Source: Phoronis australis (Eukaryota; Animalia; Phoronida). Taken from it: a stretch of DNA of 64,000 nucleotides. The DNA lies in assembly GCA_002633005.1 (NCBI GenBank), contig NMRA01000254.1:430436-494435 (forward strand), in the 5' to 3' direction. Positions 44,836 through 57,932 of the stretch are shown piece by piece; within the stretch, counting starts at the first letter, position 1, and each line of letters opens with the position of its first letter. Under the pieces are notes generated by a model. That model was not told where the DNA came from. It made no database searches and saw only the letters and a program-made list of their open reading frames with translations. The position numbers were made by a program, and so were the translations under genes.

Positions 44836-47800
44836 CTAGTCACAAAAACGTGAAATAAATATGTATGATCACAATGGCGATTGGAGTGCTCAACTTAAAA
44901 TGCACGGATAACATAGACGCATCGGATACATAGAACAATAACCTACTAGTAAACCTACACGAAATAATTACATGAAACTTATTCCTCAGTTTGAAAACGA
45001 CTGGTGGTCCTGCCTTGTAACTGAGCATGAACTGAAAGATTTTGCGGTGTCCAAATTGGCAGGTTTACCACAGCTTGCCAAAACATGAGCCCATATGGCC
45101 AGTGGCGACTTCACATAAACTTGACAACGTCGAATTTCAATAGTTCTGGAAGGAAATTCGTCATTGCTAGTTTAGGAACAGGCCATGCAGAGAAATCTTA
45201 AAGGGACACGAAATTCAATTCGGGCATTGTTGTTGAATGAGATAGCATTAGTGACGGAAGATATTAGCTTGAAGGAGAGTTACTGTATAAAACCAAAACG
45301 ATTCGCCGAGCTTTGTGATTTTGTTACAAGCCCACAATTCTCGTCGTTGTCTGTCAGATGTTCGCTGAAATTAAGGCAGGTGACATTATCTGTGAAATGC
45401 ACTCAAAATATCGAGTGGGATTTATAGATCCACTAGCAAAACGTTAAACTGCGACCTGGCGGTGGCAGGTTCGAATTCCAAGTGATGCTGATCTCAGAAA
45501 TATCGATTTTCTCACCGATAGTGTCCCTTTATATATCAGAGTTTTGAGTTGTGTTTGTCAATGTAACGTGTGAGGTGACTCTCCGTGTTTTGTGTAAAGA
45601 GATGATTTTGACAAGTGCTCGATGTGATTCAGCGAATATTGAACAGAACGCACGTGCGAGCGTGAACCTATGTCCTCTGGTCACTTGTGTAGGTTCGTGT
45701 TCACGTTAAATTAACGTGTATCCAAAGCTATACTGTGCGTCTATGCGTGCGGATGAGTTCGTGCTTAATGTGTACTGGCCACAACGCTTTTTGAACAAAG
45801 TGCAGTTTTCTGTACTTTCGAAAGTACAACAACGGTGATTCTCGTAGTCTCATATTTTCCGGCTTTATAGAGGTTTTGCTGTGCAAATGTTTCACTCCAT
45901 TAACTATATAGGCCTATACAATTCTATTCCTCCACACTTAAATATACCCACAACTCCCACACTAACCATTCATCCAGGAAAATGTGACTCCCATGGCGTA
46001 GATGTCCACAGACTTGTTGTATCGCTTTCCCGCTTTTAGTTCAGGAGCCATGAAAACATACGTTCCACACCATGTCGTCATGTACTGCTCCATGTATTTG
46101 GCGGAGATGGCTGGATCTACGTCCACCAGTTTAGCCAAGCCAAAGTCTGTAATCTGTACGTACATGGTTAAATAAATATATGTTAAATTGCATGTGTTTT
46201 TTATATAGTAGATTGTTATTAGCCTCTGATTGCTGTGACAAGCAAATATTTTCGCTCTGTTGAAACGTGCAGTTTAACATAATTATACGGACACAGACAC
46301 TCAGACACACACACGAGCACGTGCGCTCACGCACACACACATTATATATCTATGTATTGGCTAGATTTCCAAGCAGCCACATCGTGATTCTGGTGATGCC
46401 GTCTAGCAACGCCATCTGGTGTGTGTTAAGGCCATATAGCAAGTGCATGTAGGATTGCGTGTGGTTCCTTCATTCTTGCTGCAGTAAGCAAGGAAATTAT
46501 TAGTAGAATTTGATGTGAGCCTCTTTTCATCAATGTTGTTCAGTAAATGCCAAAAGATTGAGAAATTTCTCAATGTTCAGCGACCTCACCTTAATAGATT
46601 TTGAATAACTTCATAGTTATTTGTGTTATTGAAATGAAATACCGCATTCAAGTACATGGCAGTTAATCCTATGTGTAAAGAAAAAGGAGAATTGTACTCG
46701 TTAGAAAATGTAAAATGTAAAACTCCAGCTCTCCATGCTAAAAACCTATGAAATTTATAAAATGATTGCATACCAACTGCAATAACGTTCAACATTTTAT
46801 AATAAGTGCAATCACAAAAGTCATAATTTATACTGAAAATGCTAATCATTACGATTAGATGAGTACAATCCAACAGCGAAGTCATGGCCATACTACGTTT
46901 TACCGATGTTGCATCTATGGTTCATAGGACCGACTTCGTACACCAATTGTGTTTTTTAGATCACCATCAAAATCTGTAGCGTATCACTGGAGATTTTCAG
47001 TTTTGTCGCGGCAACCGGTAAGACCGTTTGCAATTTTTTAAACGTCACAAAGGAATTTGATTTGATTAGTACTAACACACTGAACAAGAATTGTCCTCCC
47101 AATCTTTTGGTTTATATCCACTTCACTAAGACAGTGCGCTCAGCTTAAAAGCCAAGTATTGGCTATGACGTACATGTACATGTAACTCACTGCAACGTAG
47201 CAAAACAATTTTCGATATGCTAAGTGTTTGCTACTTAAACGTGTATGGAACTTTCCAAATCAGCATTGAACAAACCTTTGAATACACTTTACCTTCTTTC
47301 ACTTGATCACAACAAATTGACTGCAAGTGATTTCACAACAAAAATAGCAAATAATACCAAAACCACAAATCCAAGGAGGCTATTCTGTGACGTTCATGGC
47401 AGACGACCTTCATACACATCCCGCGGTCAATTTTTCATTGATGCTCCCGAAGCAATTCCGAAGCTCTGTATTCCAGCCCCCACAAATGTTATTTCAGTGC
47501 CCTCCACAAAATTTAGTATCAAATCGAATATATTTAAAATCTGGTTTTGTCAAATAAAGATGTTTATAACCTAAGAACCACGGTTTGCTGGCTGCTAACG
47601 TGGCCTGCTGCTGAATCTGGCAGTTTCCGACAGGTGACTTCGCGCAACTAAACGTGCGGACAGACATCAGAAACCTTTGCCAAAAAACGAGGGTTCGTTG
47701 AGCTTCAGCTAAGAGCAGCACATAATGTCAGGATCAAACACAAGATACAACCAAGCGAATTCTTGGAATTAATTTTTGAGGTTTTCTATAAAATGAGCTG

Positions 47801-50800
47801 AAACAAGAAGCAAAATACACGTAAGAAAGAAGTCTTTATGTTAGCAACCCCAATCATTTAAATTGCGGACAATGTCTTGACTTTGACACAGGGGTACAGT
47901 TTAAAGCCCAACTGAAATCCGCCATGTTAGCTACATGTATTTCGCATCCTATTAATTCACTTTTCTGATTCTTTTGGAAATTCCGTCGCCAATTCACCAC
48001 TCACAAGGCCAACTTAATGAGATCAGGGAAAGATGAAACTTCGGAGGTTTATTAATACCAGTATGAGGGAGGTCCACGCAGATATTTGGATTTGGGACAG
48101 TTGAAGTTGGGAGTCTAGGCTCGGCAAAGTTTTAGTGTCCAACCTTTATATTTGCAATACAGTTACGAGTCATCGGGAAATTTGTCTGCCGTGGAGGAAT
48201 CGACGAACATGGTGCTGAATACCGACAATGAAACTTTATCGCTCCACAATTTTAGCTGCAGAATAACCGTTGTGTAGCATAGTTTTCACTGCACCGGAAA
48301 CTAATTTAGATTATTCAAGCAAAAGAGTAGTCTTTGATGACGTTAATTTTGAGTCAGATTTAAGTTGGTATTACCGACATCGGTGCTAAATATATGTACA
48401 GCTTTTCACCAAGGATAGGGTCACTACTACACACCGCCTATGATATCGGTCATTTTCGGGGTGACGATGAACAAAAACAGCTAACGAAGTCGTTGCTTCG
48501 ATTTTGACTGGAAGCTTTTGTTGTAAATCAGTGATCCCAAAAAAAAATCACAAAAGCGCAACAGATTTGCTCTTCCAGTAGTTCAAGATAACTTCAAGAA
48601 GATTGTTCTGCCCAAAAATAACTGCGTAAACTTGACAGGATAGTTATGTAGCTGTCTTGCGGCTAGAAAAATCTAGCCAAATTCACATGCACTCAATTAA
48701 AATACGCGCTAATTCTTGTTTTTAGCGAGGTCCTAGCGTAGGTCCAAGCAGTTGAACTCTACCTAGCTGATTGCAGCCTTTTAAGAGCGCCATTAATGGA
48801 TCAATTATAGTACATAGTATATTAAAGTGTCACGGTCACAACCTTTAACAATAGCCAAACTGATCAATAAGCGTGGACTGCAAACGAATCGTGTATTCTG
48901 AACCCCGAAAAAAACATACAGTCGCTCGTTTGAAACTCCTTTACTTGACTGCCCAAACCACGACATTTTCACTCAGCCTGACTCGATCCCCTCCAATGCC
49001 CTCCCATGAGACCTCTACACAGTATAAATCAACAGATGACGTAACAACAGGTGTCCGAATGGTCATTTGAATATGAGTAGCTAACACTGTATAACATGTG
49101 GTATCCTGTCCCCCAACCAACACACAAGTTTCACGCACGTATCAGGACGTCCCATCAAAAAGATACTCCGGTGAAAACGGATATCCCGGAGTCGAAAACA
49201 GACAGCCACACTTTCAAAACAGACCGTAAAACACGGAAACATGAACCCCGGGGATCGGAAAGGACACCCGGGGACAGAAACACCAATCCCGCACTTTTTT
49301 CAAGCATTGTTTAAGGAAAACAGATCTTCCTACTTTAATATGTTGTTGTCAAATGTTGTTTTACTAAATGAGAATTTTAGAAAAGTTGCGACGGATTGGG
49401 AATCTACGTTATTCTACTGCTAAATTTGTGGTGAGATCTTTTGCGTCGGCTTTCAGCGCGATGAAATATTGCCTCACCTATTGGCCAGTTTCTTTGTAAG
49501 CCAAGTCATGATCAATCAACTGTTCTTCATCCACGGGGTTGCGTGCATGTCACAATAGATTAATTAACAATGGCACTCGAAAGTTGAAATAAATTTTTGT
49601 TTTTTATTTTTGAAAATATTTTTGGAGAAACTATTGAACAATCTGAAATTGACTTAATGTTCACCGAGATAACAACGTGTTGGGAGTATAGCTAGATTAT
49701 GTTGGAATTCGTCCACAGACATGTTGCACGAGTTTTACTGATAAAAATCAAATAACAAATTCAATATACATTTAAAAAGGTTACGTTTTATTATTGCCAG
49801 CTTTTAACAAGCAACTGCCAAAAACAACTGGAAAGTACTTGAAGATGCTTTAACTCAAAGTTTGAGGCTACTGACAACGGTCTCAGAAAATTTTAAAAAA
49901 TTGTCCGGGGTTCCTGTTTTAAAGGTAGGGGCTCCTCTTTTCGGGCTGATTAGCTGTTATCTGTTTTAAACCGGGGTCCCTGTTTCGATGGAACGCTCTG
50001 AGTCTGAAAGACGAGTTGGAGATTACTACTGCATGTACGTACACCCAATGTGTTCTACGCTAGCTAAAACGTGAAGATTTCATACGTGTACCTTTGCAAC
50101 GCCCCCTTTCATCAAGATGTTCCATGGCTTCAAATCTCTGTGGATAACCCCGTGTTGATGAAGATGCTTCAGCCCTTTCATACACTGCTTCATCAGCCCA
50201 ACGCTTTCGGTCGTTCTTACGCTGTTCTTCTTGTAATAATCTCCCATGTCGCAATCACAGAACTCCATGACGATTGCAGCGGTGTTTTCTTTCGGGAAGC
50301 ACACGTCCAAAAGTTGAACAACATTGGGGTGAGCTGGTAGATTCTGAAGACCGTGAATTTCCGGGTAAACTCGCTCTTGATCGGTGGAAATCTGCGGTTG
50401 AAATGCAGAAACAAAGAGTGTAGATAGAAGAAAGGTTTAACGAAGAATGTTGCATTCAATTTTGTTAGACAAAAATCTCATGTTCCTAAAACATCAACAT
50501 TCTTCATAAGCGTACATGCGTTTGCTTTTCTTATTGACTACATTAAATCGCCTTAAGTTACCCTTTTAAACTGACGGACACGTTGGTGACTGAAGCTAAC
50601 CCGCCATGACAAGCATGACAGTGATTGTGGTTGACGACCTGTCAGTTATTCGAAAGATTAGAAACCATTGCTATATTAAATAAGAGTGAGACCTATGTTA
50701 GAAAAAGTGGCCTTCGTAAGTTCTGAAAGAAGTCTAAAAATACTGCAGGTGGTCTGATACACTTTGCATCAAGCGTGTCCCATTGAACCAAGCACATAAA

Positions 50801-52082
50801 ACCATTTTTAATTAAAAATGTAGACATGTAACAAGCCTAAACATACACTGTATATACAAATTAAAACAGATCTGAGGAGCTGGAGACCTAACTCAAGGGT
50901 CTGGCACTAGCGTCCAGTGGGGCCCAAGGCGAATTGACACTTTTTGTTTACCACGGCTTTATTTTGCCAGAAACCACTGACAGATCTAGGAATTCGTGTA
51001 TGTCCTGAGAACTGCGACCATAATTTTTGTAGATCAAACATGTGCAATCGCCCTAAACGACCTTCCGCAGGTGATTTTACATCGTGACCGAAGGGAAAGA
51101 AGTGAGAGTGAACCCCTCGTCTTGTTCTCTACCCTACCTTAATTCTGCTCTCAGACTGAATTTCTGTTTTGCTATCACAATTTTTTTTAAATTGCATGCG
51201 CACACCCAGGGGGTGGGACTCGAGGGGCTCGAATGAGGCCCCCTATTTTACGAAATGGGCAAAAAGGTCGGCCTCAGAGAACAAAAAGTCCAAGAAAACG
51301 AGGCAAAAGTCCGCTAAGAAGGCAGGAATTACCAAAATTCAGCGAACGCATTGTGACAATTCATAGCTCCGAAAAGTACTTCGTTTCTTTTTTAGTAAAG
51401 TTCCACATTCCCATATTTCGGGCTGGGTGTGCGCATGAATTGGAATTTAAAGTTGCCGATGTCTGACTTCCGGAAGCTCACGCAACCTTACTCAGTAGGA
51501 CGCCAACATGCTCTGTTGAAAACGCGTGCATTGCACTCGTTCATACGATGCAGTTGTCGCTCTAAAAGGCAGAGTGTGAATCTGAAAGTCACTCACACAA
51601 CACGCTCCTGGTGCGGTGACAAAAGAAGCAGATAATCTAGATCATAATTTACCGCGGGTACCAGAGTATTAACATCAATGCACTCGCCAGTGTGTATAAG
51701 TGCATTACACCCAAAGGAAGACGTTAGGTTGCGAAAAAGCCCGCCTTTGATTTATCGGTGACTTCCGGATTTCAGCGTACACTGTACCTCGACGTTTGTG
51801 TTGCCCTCGTATGATCGAGTGCAAAGCACGCGCTGTCAAAACAACACGTTGGCGTTCCATAGCCTTAAACGGAACCCCGATTGTCCAAATTCACATGCAC
51901 GGCACTACACCATTTTATATTTTATTTTAAGTGATCATATTTTATAGTGTAACAGTGAATAACCGACAACATACCTCAATCATCTTAATGGCCACTTCTC
52001 CACCTCCCGACCTGTCACGACCCTTGTAAACAGCTCCAAATGCACCCTGTCCTATTTCAGCAACAACTTCGTACCTGTCCAT
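44720..52082 (-). CDS. Ser/Thr protein kinase, single domain, 4 exons, 236 aa (subfamily uncertain; resembles PDIK1L/STK35-like invertebrate kinases)
   Basis: Exons 52082-51975, 50391-50092, 46153-45967 and 44835-44720 join in phase. Motifs IGQGAFGAVY, VAIK, HPNVV, HRDLKPWN, DFGLA, CGTYVFMAPE, DIYAMG, RPSVTEVL. Confidence 0.9.
45967..46153 (-). CDS. kinase exon 3 (DFG to helix F)
   Basis: tacAG|ATT ... AATG|GTTAGT; ITDFGLAK...CGTYVFMAPE...SVDIYAMGV; phase 0 to 1. Confidence 0.92.
46385..47015 (+). repeat. diverged copy of SLC4 intron 14 plus exon 15 acceptor (28190-28866)
   Basis: Shared blocks ATTGAGAAATTTCTCAATG, AACATTTTATAATAAGTGCAATCA, GATTAGATGAG.ACA.TCCAAC.GCGAAGTCATG, CCATCAAAATCT, TTTCAGTTTTGTCGCG.CAAC. 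Confidence 0.85.
50092..50391 (-). CDS. kinase exon 2 (helix C to catalytic loop)
   Basis: ccgcAG|ATT ... AAG|GTACAC; ISTDQERVYPEIHGLQNLPAHPNVVQLLD...IHRDLKPWNILM; 300 nt. Confidence 0.92.
51975..52082 (-). CDS. kinase exon 1 (Gly loop, VAIK)
   Basis: MDRYEVVAEIGQGAFGAVYKGRDRSGGGEVAIKMIE|GTATGT; phase 0; too short to appear in the ORF track. Confidence 0.9.
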
Positions 52083-52142
52083 GTTCTTTTAGAGCGAGGA
52101 GATGCTAAATAGCGAACGTGTAATCTGACGAGGTCGTCCAAA

Positions 52143-52497
52143 CCCTTATAGCGTTAAATTGCTCGACTTATTTCTCCGCGCGTATAAATGGTACTCATTC
52201 GAAACTAAAAGTAGCGATTCGAAACAGTAGTAGTTTTATCTGGAAAAACCCGGCGACTGGAAATTTCAGTATTGATCTGCGTCGTTGAGATAATCAATGC
52301 GGTTATCTGATTGGGCGTTTGCCAAATTGATTTCTTAGAAATCCCAGCAGAACTTGATTAACGGCTAGCTGTCGTGTAATACTACGCTCTCTCATGCGAA
52401 TTTGGAGTACTACATATATTTAGCCAGGTGAAAAGAAATCAAGAGTAAACGTCGCCTTTGCTTTCAATTCTGTGATACCTTTTATTTGGGAAATTCC
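52143..52497 (-). promoter_or_regulatory. putative kinase promoter with TATA-like, CCAAT, GAS (STAT) and two kB-like motifs
   Basis: On - strand: TATAAG (52150-52145), GGGTTTTTCC (52251-52242), CCAATCAG (52314-52307). Read on +: TTCTTAGAA (52332-52340), GGGAAATTCC (52488-52497). Motif matches only. Confidence 0.4.
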
Positions 52498-55400
52498 TGT
52501 TTTGTTCAAAAATCTTGTGAAGCGTACAAGCAGTCAGCCAAAGGGATTGAATAGATCAAGGTTAATTACATGAATTTTAGCTTTTGAAAGTGCGTGTCTT
52601 CTACTAGCGTAGGCAAAACTATAACCTACCTTGACGTGAAAATAAGTCACTCGTGTAAATCACCTTCTACTCCCCTTCACAAGACTCGTGTTTGCGTGGA
52701 GATGCGATTGAACAGACATCGGACTTTAGTAGCAATTGGGATAGAAACTATGGAATTAAACAAAAAAAGTTTTACATGACCCGTCACAGAATTAGTTGAA
52801 ATTTTACCAGTGGATTCATATCCACGTCAAATGACACCAACCACCATTGACCACTCCGCCTATTTTTATACACTCCTAAATTTTTTGCTGGAGACATGCA
52901 TAAATTTCAGCTTAAAAATGACATATTTTGGTTACAGCACTAATCCTTGTATATTAGGGTCTGATATTCGATACTGTGTAGTCACGTATAATAGTAATCC
53001 CCCAGTCCAAAAAAATAATTTTGAAAGAAAAAAAGTTGCGCCTTTGCGGAGGCACTCCTTTTGTCGTACCACCTAATTTAACTTACCCAAACTCAAGCTA
53101 AGCTATTGCCCGGTAAGGGTATAGCAAGCTTTAGCAATATGACTCTTACAATTGATAGTCGATGAATAAAATTAATCTTAAAAAAATGTCAAAATCTGGT
53201 CATTTTTGGAATTCATGCATATACATTCAACTGAAAATGTGCATTTTCGGTGCCCTAGTGTCAAGTACTAGTTTTTTAAAATTTCTCAGTAAAATACAAC
53301 CGGTGACTTAAAGTTGTTAATTGGCAGTAGAAACGATATTGAGCATGCACAGTTATCTTGTTTACAGTTTCTTTCCTCTCTGACTGGTTGCTTGAGTTGT
53401 TATCAGACTCTCAGTGCAGAGGGCATTTTCAGCAAGTGACACCTTTTGGCTCTACAATAGTGGTAGGCCTACTACCTGTACATGGAAATATGAGCGTGCC
53501 ACGCGGTCAGCCATACTGGGAAGGAGAAGAAATGTAAACAAAAACACGCTAGCCTTATGGAAGCCGGGAAATTTTCAAAATTGAATTTGAAATTTTGAAT
53601 ACTAACGAGGTTTTCAAATATTGCTAACATAAAGCAATGCAAACTTGTGACCCACTCATGGCTAGTAAAAGGTCATATAAACCATTGCACAGACATACAT
53701 GTAACTCCTAATGCTTTGCCTCAAATTCTCACGGAGTGCTGCTAGGGCATGGGAAGTTTTGCCGGCTTAGTCGAAAAGACAATCACCGAAATGTAGACAT
53801 TTTATAAAGTTTGGAAAAAAATTCATTAACCTGTTTCGTCATTGTAATTGTTAAAATCCCATTTTCCAGTTATTTTCAAACCTACCAGACGATCAGTATA
53901 GTCAAGAGGCCGCTCTCCGGCGTGCCACTGAATCACTGCATTCCCAAAGTTTTTAGACCGGGCTTGTAAGGGAGCTTATTTCTGTCAGCAATAGTCTATC
54001 CTGTAGGTCTAAACAATAAATAGTTCTAAAGGGCTCACTCATCTAAATTTGATGAACTTTCTAACTTCGAATAGTTTAACTGAAATTCCGAACCCCACTA
54101 AAGCTCATTGGGCGCTGGTCCGGAAGGCCGCGGACTGAAATCAAAGTATGCATTTGCACGGACCCAATTTCCCGAAAGCTGATTGGAAATGTCTACTTCA
54201 GGTTATGAATAGGAATAATAATTACATGGATATTCAGACGTTTTTCCACTAATAAAGCACATGTCGGGGGTGCTGAAGTGTCTCAAGAAAACGTTACTTC
54301 AGTGACAAGCAACGTTTCTTTAACTCTCAATTACTTGTCCTAGTACCGAATTCATTTTATCGTGGTGAATTACTTGTAGTATTTTGTACAATTTGAAACT
54401 ACAAAGTCTCAAATTTTGAACCATTGTATCATAGACTCTGTCGTAAAAAAACACAACTGCAATGCAAGTATATACGCGGATCCAGAGTTTTAAAAAGGCG
54501 TTCGCAATATATATTTCTACACCTGTCTAATCAATGAACCCCTTGTATCCAATCACGATGTGCGTAATCGCAGAATTTTTCTGTCAATAACAAGCACACA
54601 CTTCAATCTGATTGGCCATCCAGAAGGAGAAAGACAACAAAAAATGTTCACACTAACAGAAACAGCACATTGAGATAGGGTAACCATCTCAAGCAATAAA
54701 GTTCTTCGATTTATTTCAAAATGTCACCATCACGCAATAAAAGCACACCGTGATATAAACGGATCATGCCTAGCTAGGACAAAGTCACTATACTGGTACA
54801 TGCACCCCACTTCAACAAAAATCAGATTTCAAGCAACTCTAATTTAATCCCTCGATTCAATTTGATCCGGCTTTTACTGGCACACAGTTCTGTTACCAGT
54901 ACACATATACATGTATTGACAGACTACTCCCAACCACAAAATAAATATCACAAAAGTCCATCGTCATAAACTCTACCTGCCCTGTCCTGCATGCCGCCTG
55001 CCAAGGCATAAGTACCACAACATCATTGTCTTATACCCATAAACAAGACAGATTATAAAACTGATGGTTTCCCTTATCTCTTGAAATGTACAGAACCAAC
55101 CCATCTACCATCTCAAAATACCCTTGTGGGGTGTAGTATTCTTTTGGCATCCGGCCCTTCCTTCCTGCCCTATTCCTAATGACCTTCCTATTCTAATAAA
55201 TCTTCGAAGTGGTCTCCACCTTGTAAAAATGTACTATTACCGACTAATCATGGAGTCACTTTTGTGTGTATTCGCTGCTAGAAAACAACACGATACCTTG
55301 GAGAAATTAAGGTCACTAATCTTTTAAAACTAGAACAGTTCTGACTAAGAAGAAAACCAAACATCGGGCTAAGTGTGGGACCTAATGAAGTTGAACAATA

Positions 55401-55752
55401 ATTGTTTCTGCGATCAGAATGGCCGCGCAAAATCATTTTATTTCAGTTTCAACTTTTAAGCACTTATACTGAATTTGTATTCAAATTAAAAAGAAGAATG
55501 GCAACAATAATTTTAAATTTAATTTACAGCACAAAAAAATAAACGCTAGGCTCTTTTTAAAACAACCCCTTCACCGTTTAAAAAAGATCGAGACCAATTT
55601 CAGTTGGCATCAGGTAACACTGGAAAAAAGAACCTAAATAATTTCAGCCAAAACCACACTTTGTTGAGGATATCAACACATTTCAGTTGGCCATTTCTAC
55701 TTGGAAGTTTGGACAACTAAGCTGTATTAGCGCATAACCACATTTGTTTTTA

Positions 55753-57469
55753 AAAATATCCCACACTAGAGCCATGCATGTACATGTATTCTATGAATTC
55801 ACCGGTCTTCACAAAAATGAGCTTGGTTAGCTTCTGACTCACACTACCAGTGTTGAATGATGCAGTGTGCAACGTGATTAATTTATATTATAGTATCTGG
55901 CCACCAACAACTCAATCAAGTCAAAATAGTGATTGCCAGTTCCCATACTGTGTTTTAGTAGCATTGTTCTTCTATAGAAATAGTTCGCTGTTGTCATATT
56001 CGCTTTCACACTAACACTTATTTTCCGCATACAGCAGCTTCATTTGTCAAACAAAACATACATGACTTTGAAAGATAACTCTCAGAGACTGCCCTGCACC
56101 CTCTAAGTACCTGGCTGAGATATGTGCAAGATGCATACGACGGCATCTCACCAGATGATGTGCAAAAGACTCCACCTTTCGAGGATTTTTGATGGTTTTT
56201 ATGAAACGTTATTTTATTTTACATAGAGGAATGAAAGCCGTGTAGGTGTTAAAACATATATGGGAGTGTACACGTGTTACTGCTTGTGGCATGCACGTAC
56301 GCACCCGTACCGGTTTACCTACACTATCCTACCACCTGTCGGTTTTGGAACTCTACATGCCACCTCTGCAGTCAACTGTGACGTACATGTATTCGTCCGT
56401 TTTTTATTCCAATGTTGCTGAATCAAATGCCATTATACATTTTCAATACTAACCACATGTTACGCTGCGAGTACGTAAAACATGAAATTTATTTGGCGGT
56501 TGTCGACATCGAGATGTACAAATGTACAAGTATCAATTCTCTCGATCGCCTCTGTCCCCTGTTTCTGGAAGTCCTATCTGCTCTAGTATTTACACGCGTG
56601 ATTTTCATACAGCCCGCAAGTGGTCTATGAAATTGTTCAAAAGCAACCAATGGCTTAACCAAATTCNAAAATATCCCACACTAGAGCCATGCATTTATAT
56701 TATTTTCTTCGTCATGAATTCACCGGTCTTCACAAAAATGAGCTTGGTTAGCTTCTGACTCAAACTACCAGTGTTGAATGATGCAGTGTGCAACGGGATT
56801 ACTTTATATTAAAGTATCTGGCCACCAATAACTCAATCGAGTCAAAATAGTGATTGCCAGTTCCCATACTGTGTTTTAGTAGCATTGTTCTTTTATAGAG
56901 ATAGTTCGCTGTTGTCATATTCGCTTTCACACTAACTCTTATTTTCCGCATACAGCAGCTTAATTTGTCAAACAAAACATACACTGTACATGAGTTTGAA
57001 AGATAAGCCTCAGAGACTGCCCTGTATCCTCTCAGTACCTGGCTGAGATATGTGCAAGATGCATACGACGGCATCTCACCAGATGATGTGCAAAAGACTC
57101 CACCTTTAGATTTTTGATGGTTTTTATGAAACGTTATTTTATTTTACATATAAGAATGAAAGCCGTGTAGGTGTTAAAACATGTGTGGGAGTGTACACGT
57201 GTTACTGCTTGTGGCTTGCACGTACGCACACGTACCGGTTTACCTACACAATCCGACCACCTGTCGGTTTCGGAACTCTACATGCCACCTCTGCCGTCGG
57301 CTGTGACGTACATGTATTCGTCCAGTTTGTGATTCCAGTGTTGCCGAATCAAATGCCAAGTATACTAACCAAATGATCTGCTCTCGCGTTTACACGCGTG
57401 ATTTTCATGCAGCCCGCAAGTGGCCTTCTATGAAATTGCTCAAAAGCATCCAATGGCTTGACCAAATTC
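55753..57469. repeat. tandem ~0.9-kb duplication joined by a single N (probably allelic haplotypes, assembly artefact)
   Basis: 55753-56666 and 56668-57469 both start AAAATATCCCACACTAGAGCCATGCAT and end ...ACCAAATTC; N at 56667; copy 2 has an internal deletion. Confidence 0.85.
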
Positions 57470-57684
57470 ATATTGTTCATTAGGTACCGAGTTGAGATTA
57501 TATCGCTTTCTTAGCAAATGCATGTGTATATGTGATCTCATAGTCCTAGCTCCAAATTCACTACTACAAAACACAACTGGAATATGAATACATACATCTA
57601 AAATAAGTACCCAGTGGTCCAAAACTTTGGATAAAATTTCTTTAAGTTAAGCTGGTTGATAATTTCTGTACAATTTAGAACCTG

Positions 57685-57932
57685 GGGCCTGTTCCAAGAA
57701 ACTGACTTAAGTTCATTTTTTACTTAAGTTTAAGATTTGTCTTAAATTCCAAACTTTGAAACTTTCACATTCTGTTAGTTAGTGAATTTTAAGACAAAAC
57801 TTACGTCACACAGTGAATTCAAACTTAAAATCTCTTTCTTGAATTGGTTTTGAGACAAATTTAACTTTTATTTCAAAATTTACAAAAATTTAGGATTTGT
57901 CTTAGCTAAGTCAGTTTTGATGGAACGGATCC
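57685..57932. mobile_element. PIF/Harbinger-like MITE
   Basis: CTG|GGGCCTGTTCCAAGAAACTGACTTA ... TAAGTCAGTTTTGATGGAACGGATCC|CTG: imperfect TIRs and a 3-bp CTG duplication. Confidence 0.65.

Noticed and set aside
42935-45500. Two B-box-like GGTTCGA motifs each followed by GATCTCAGAAA (~42940 and ~45468)
   Set aside because: No cloverleaf or clear A box; at most eroded SINE fragments, too short to call.
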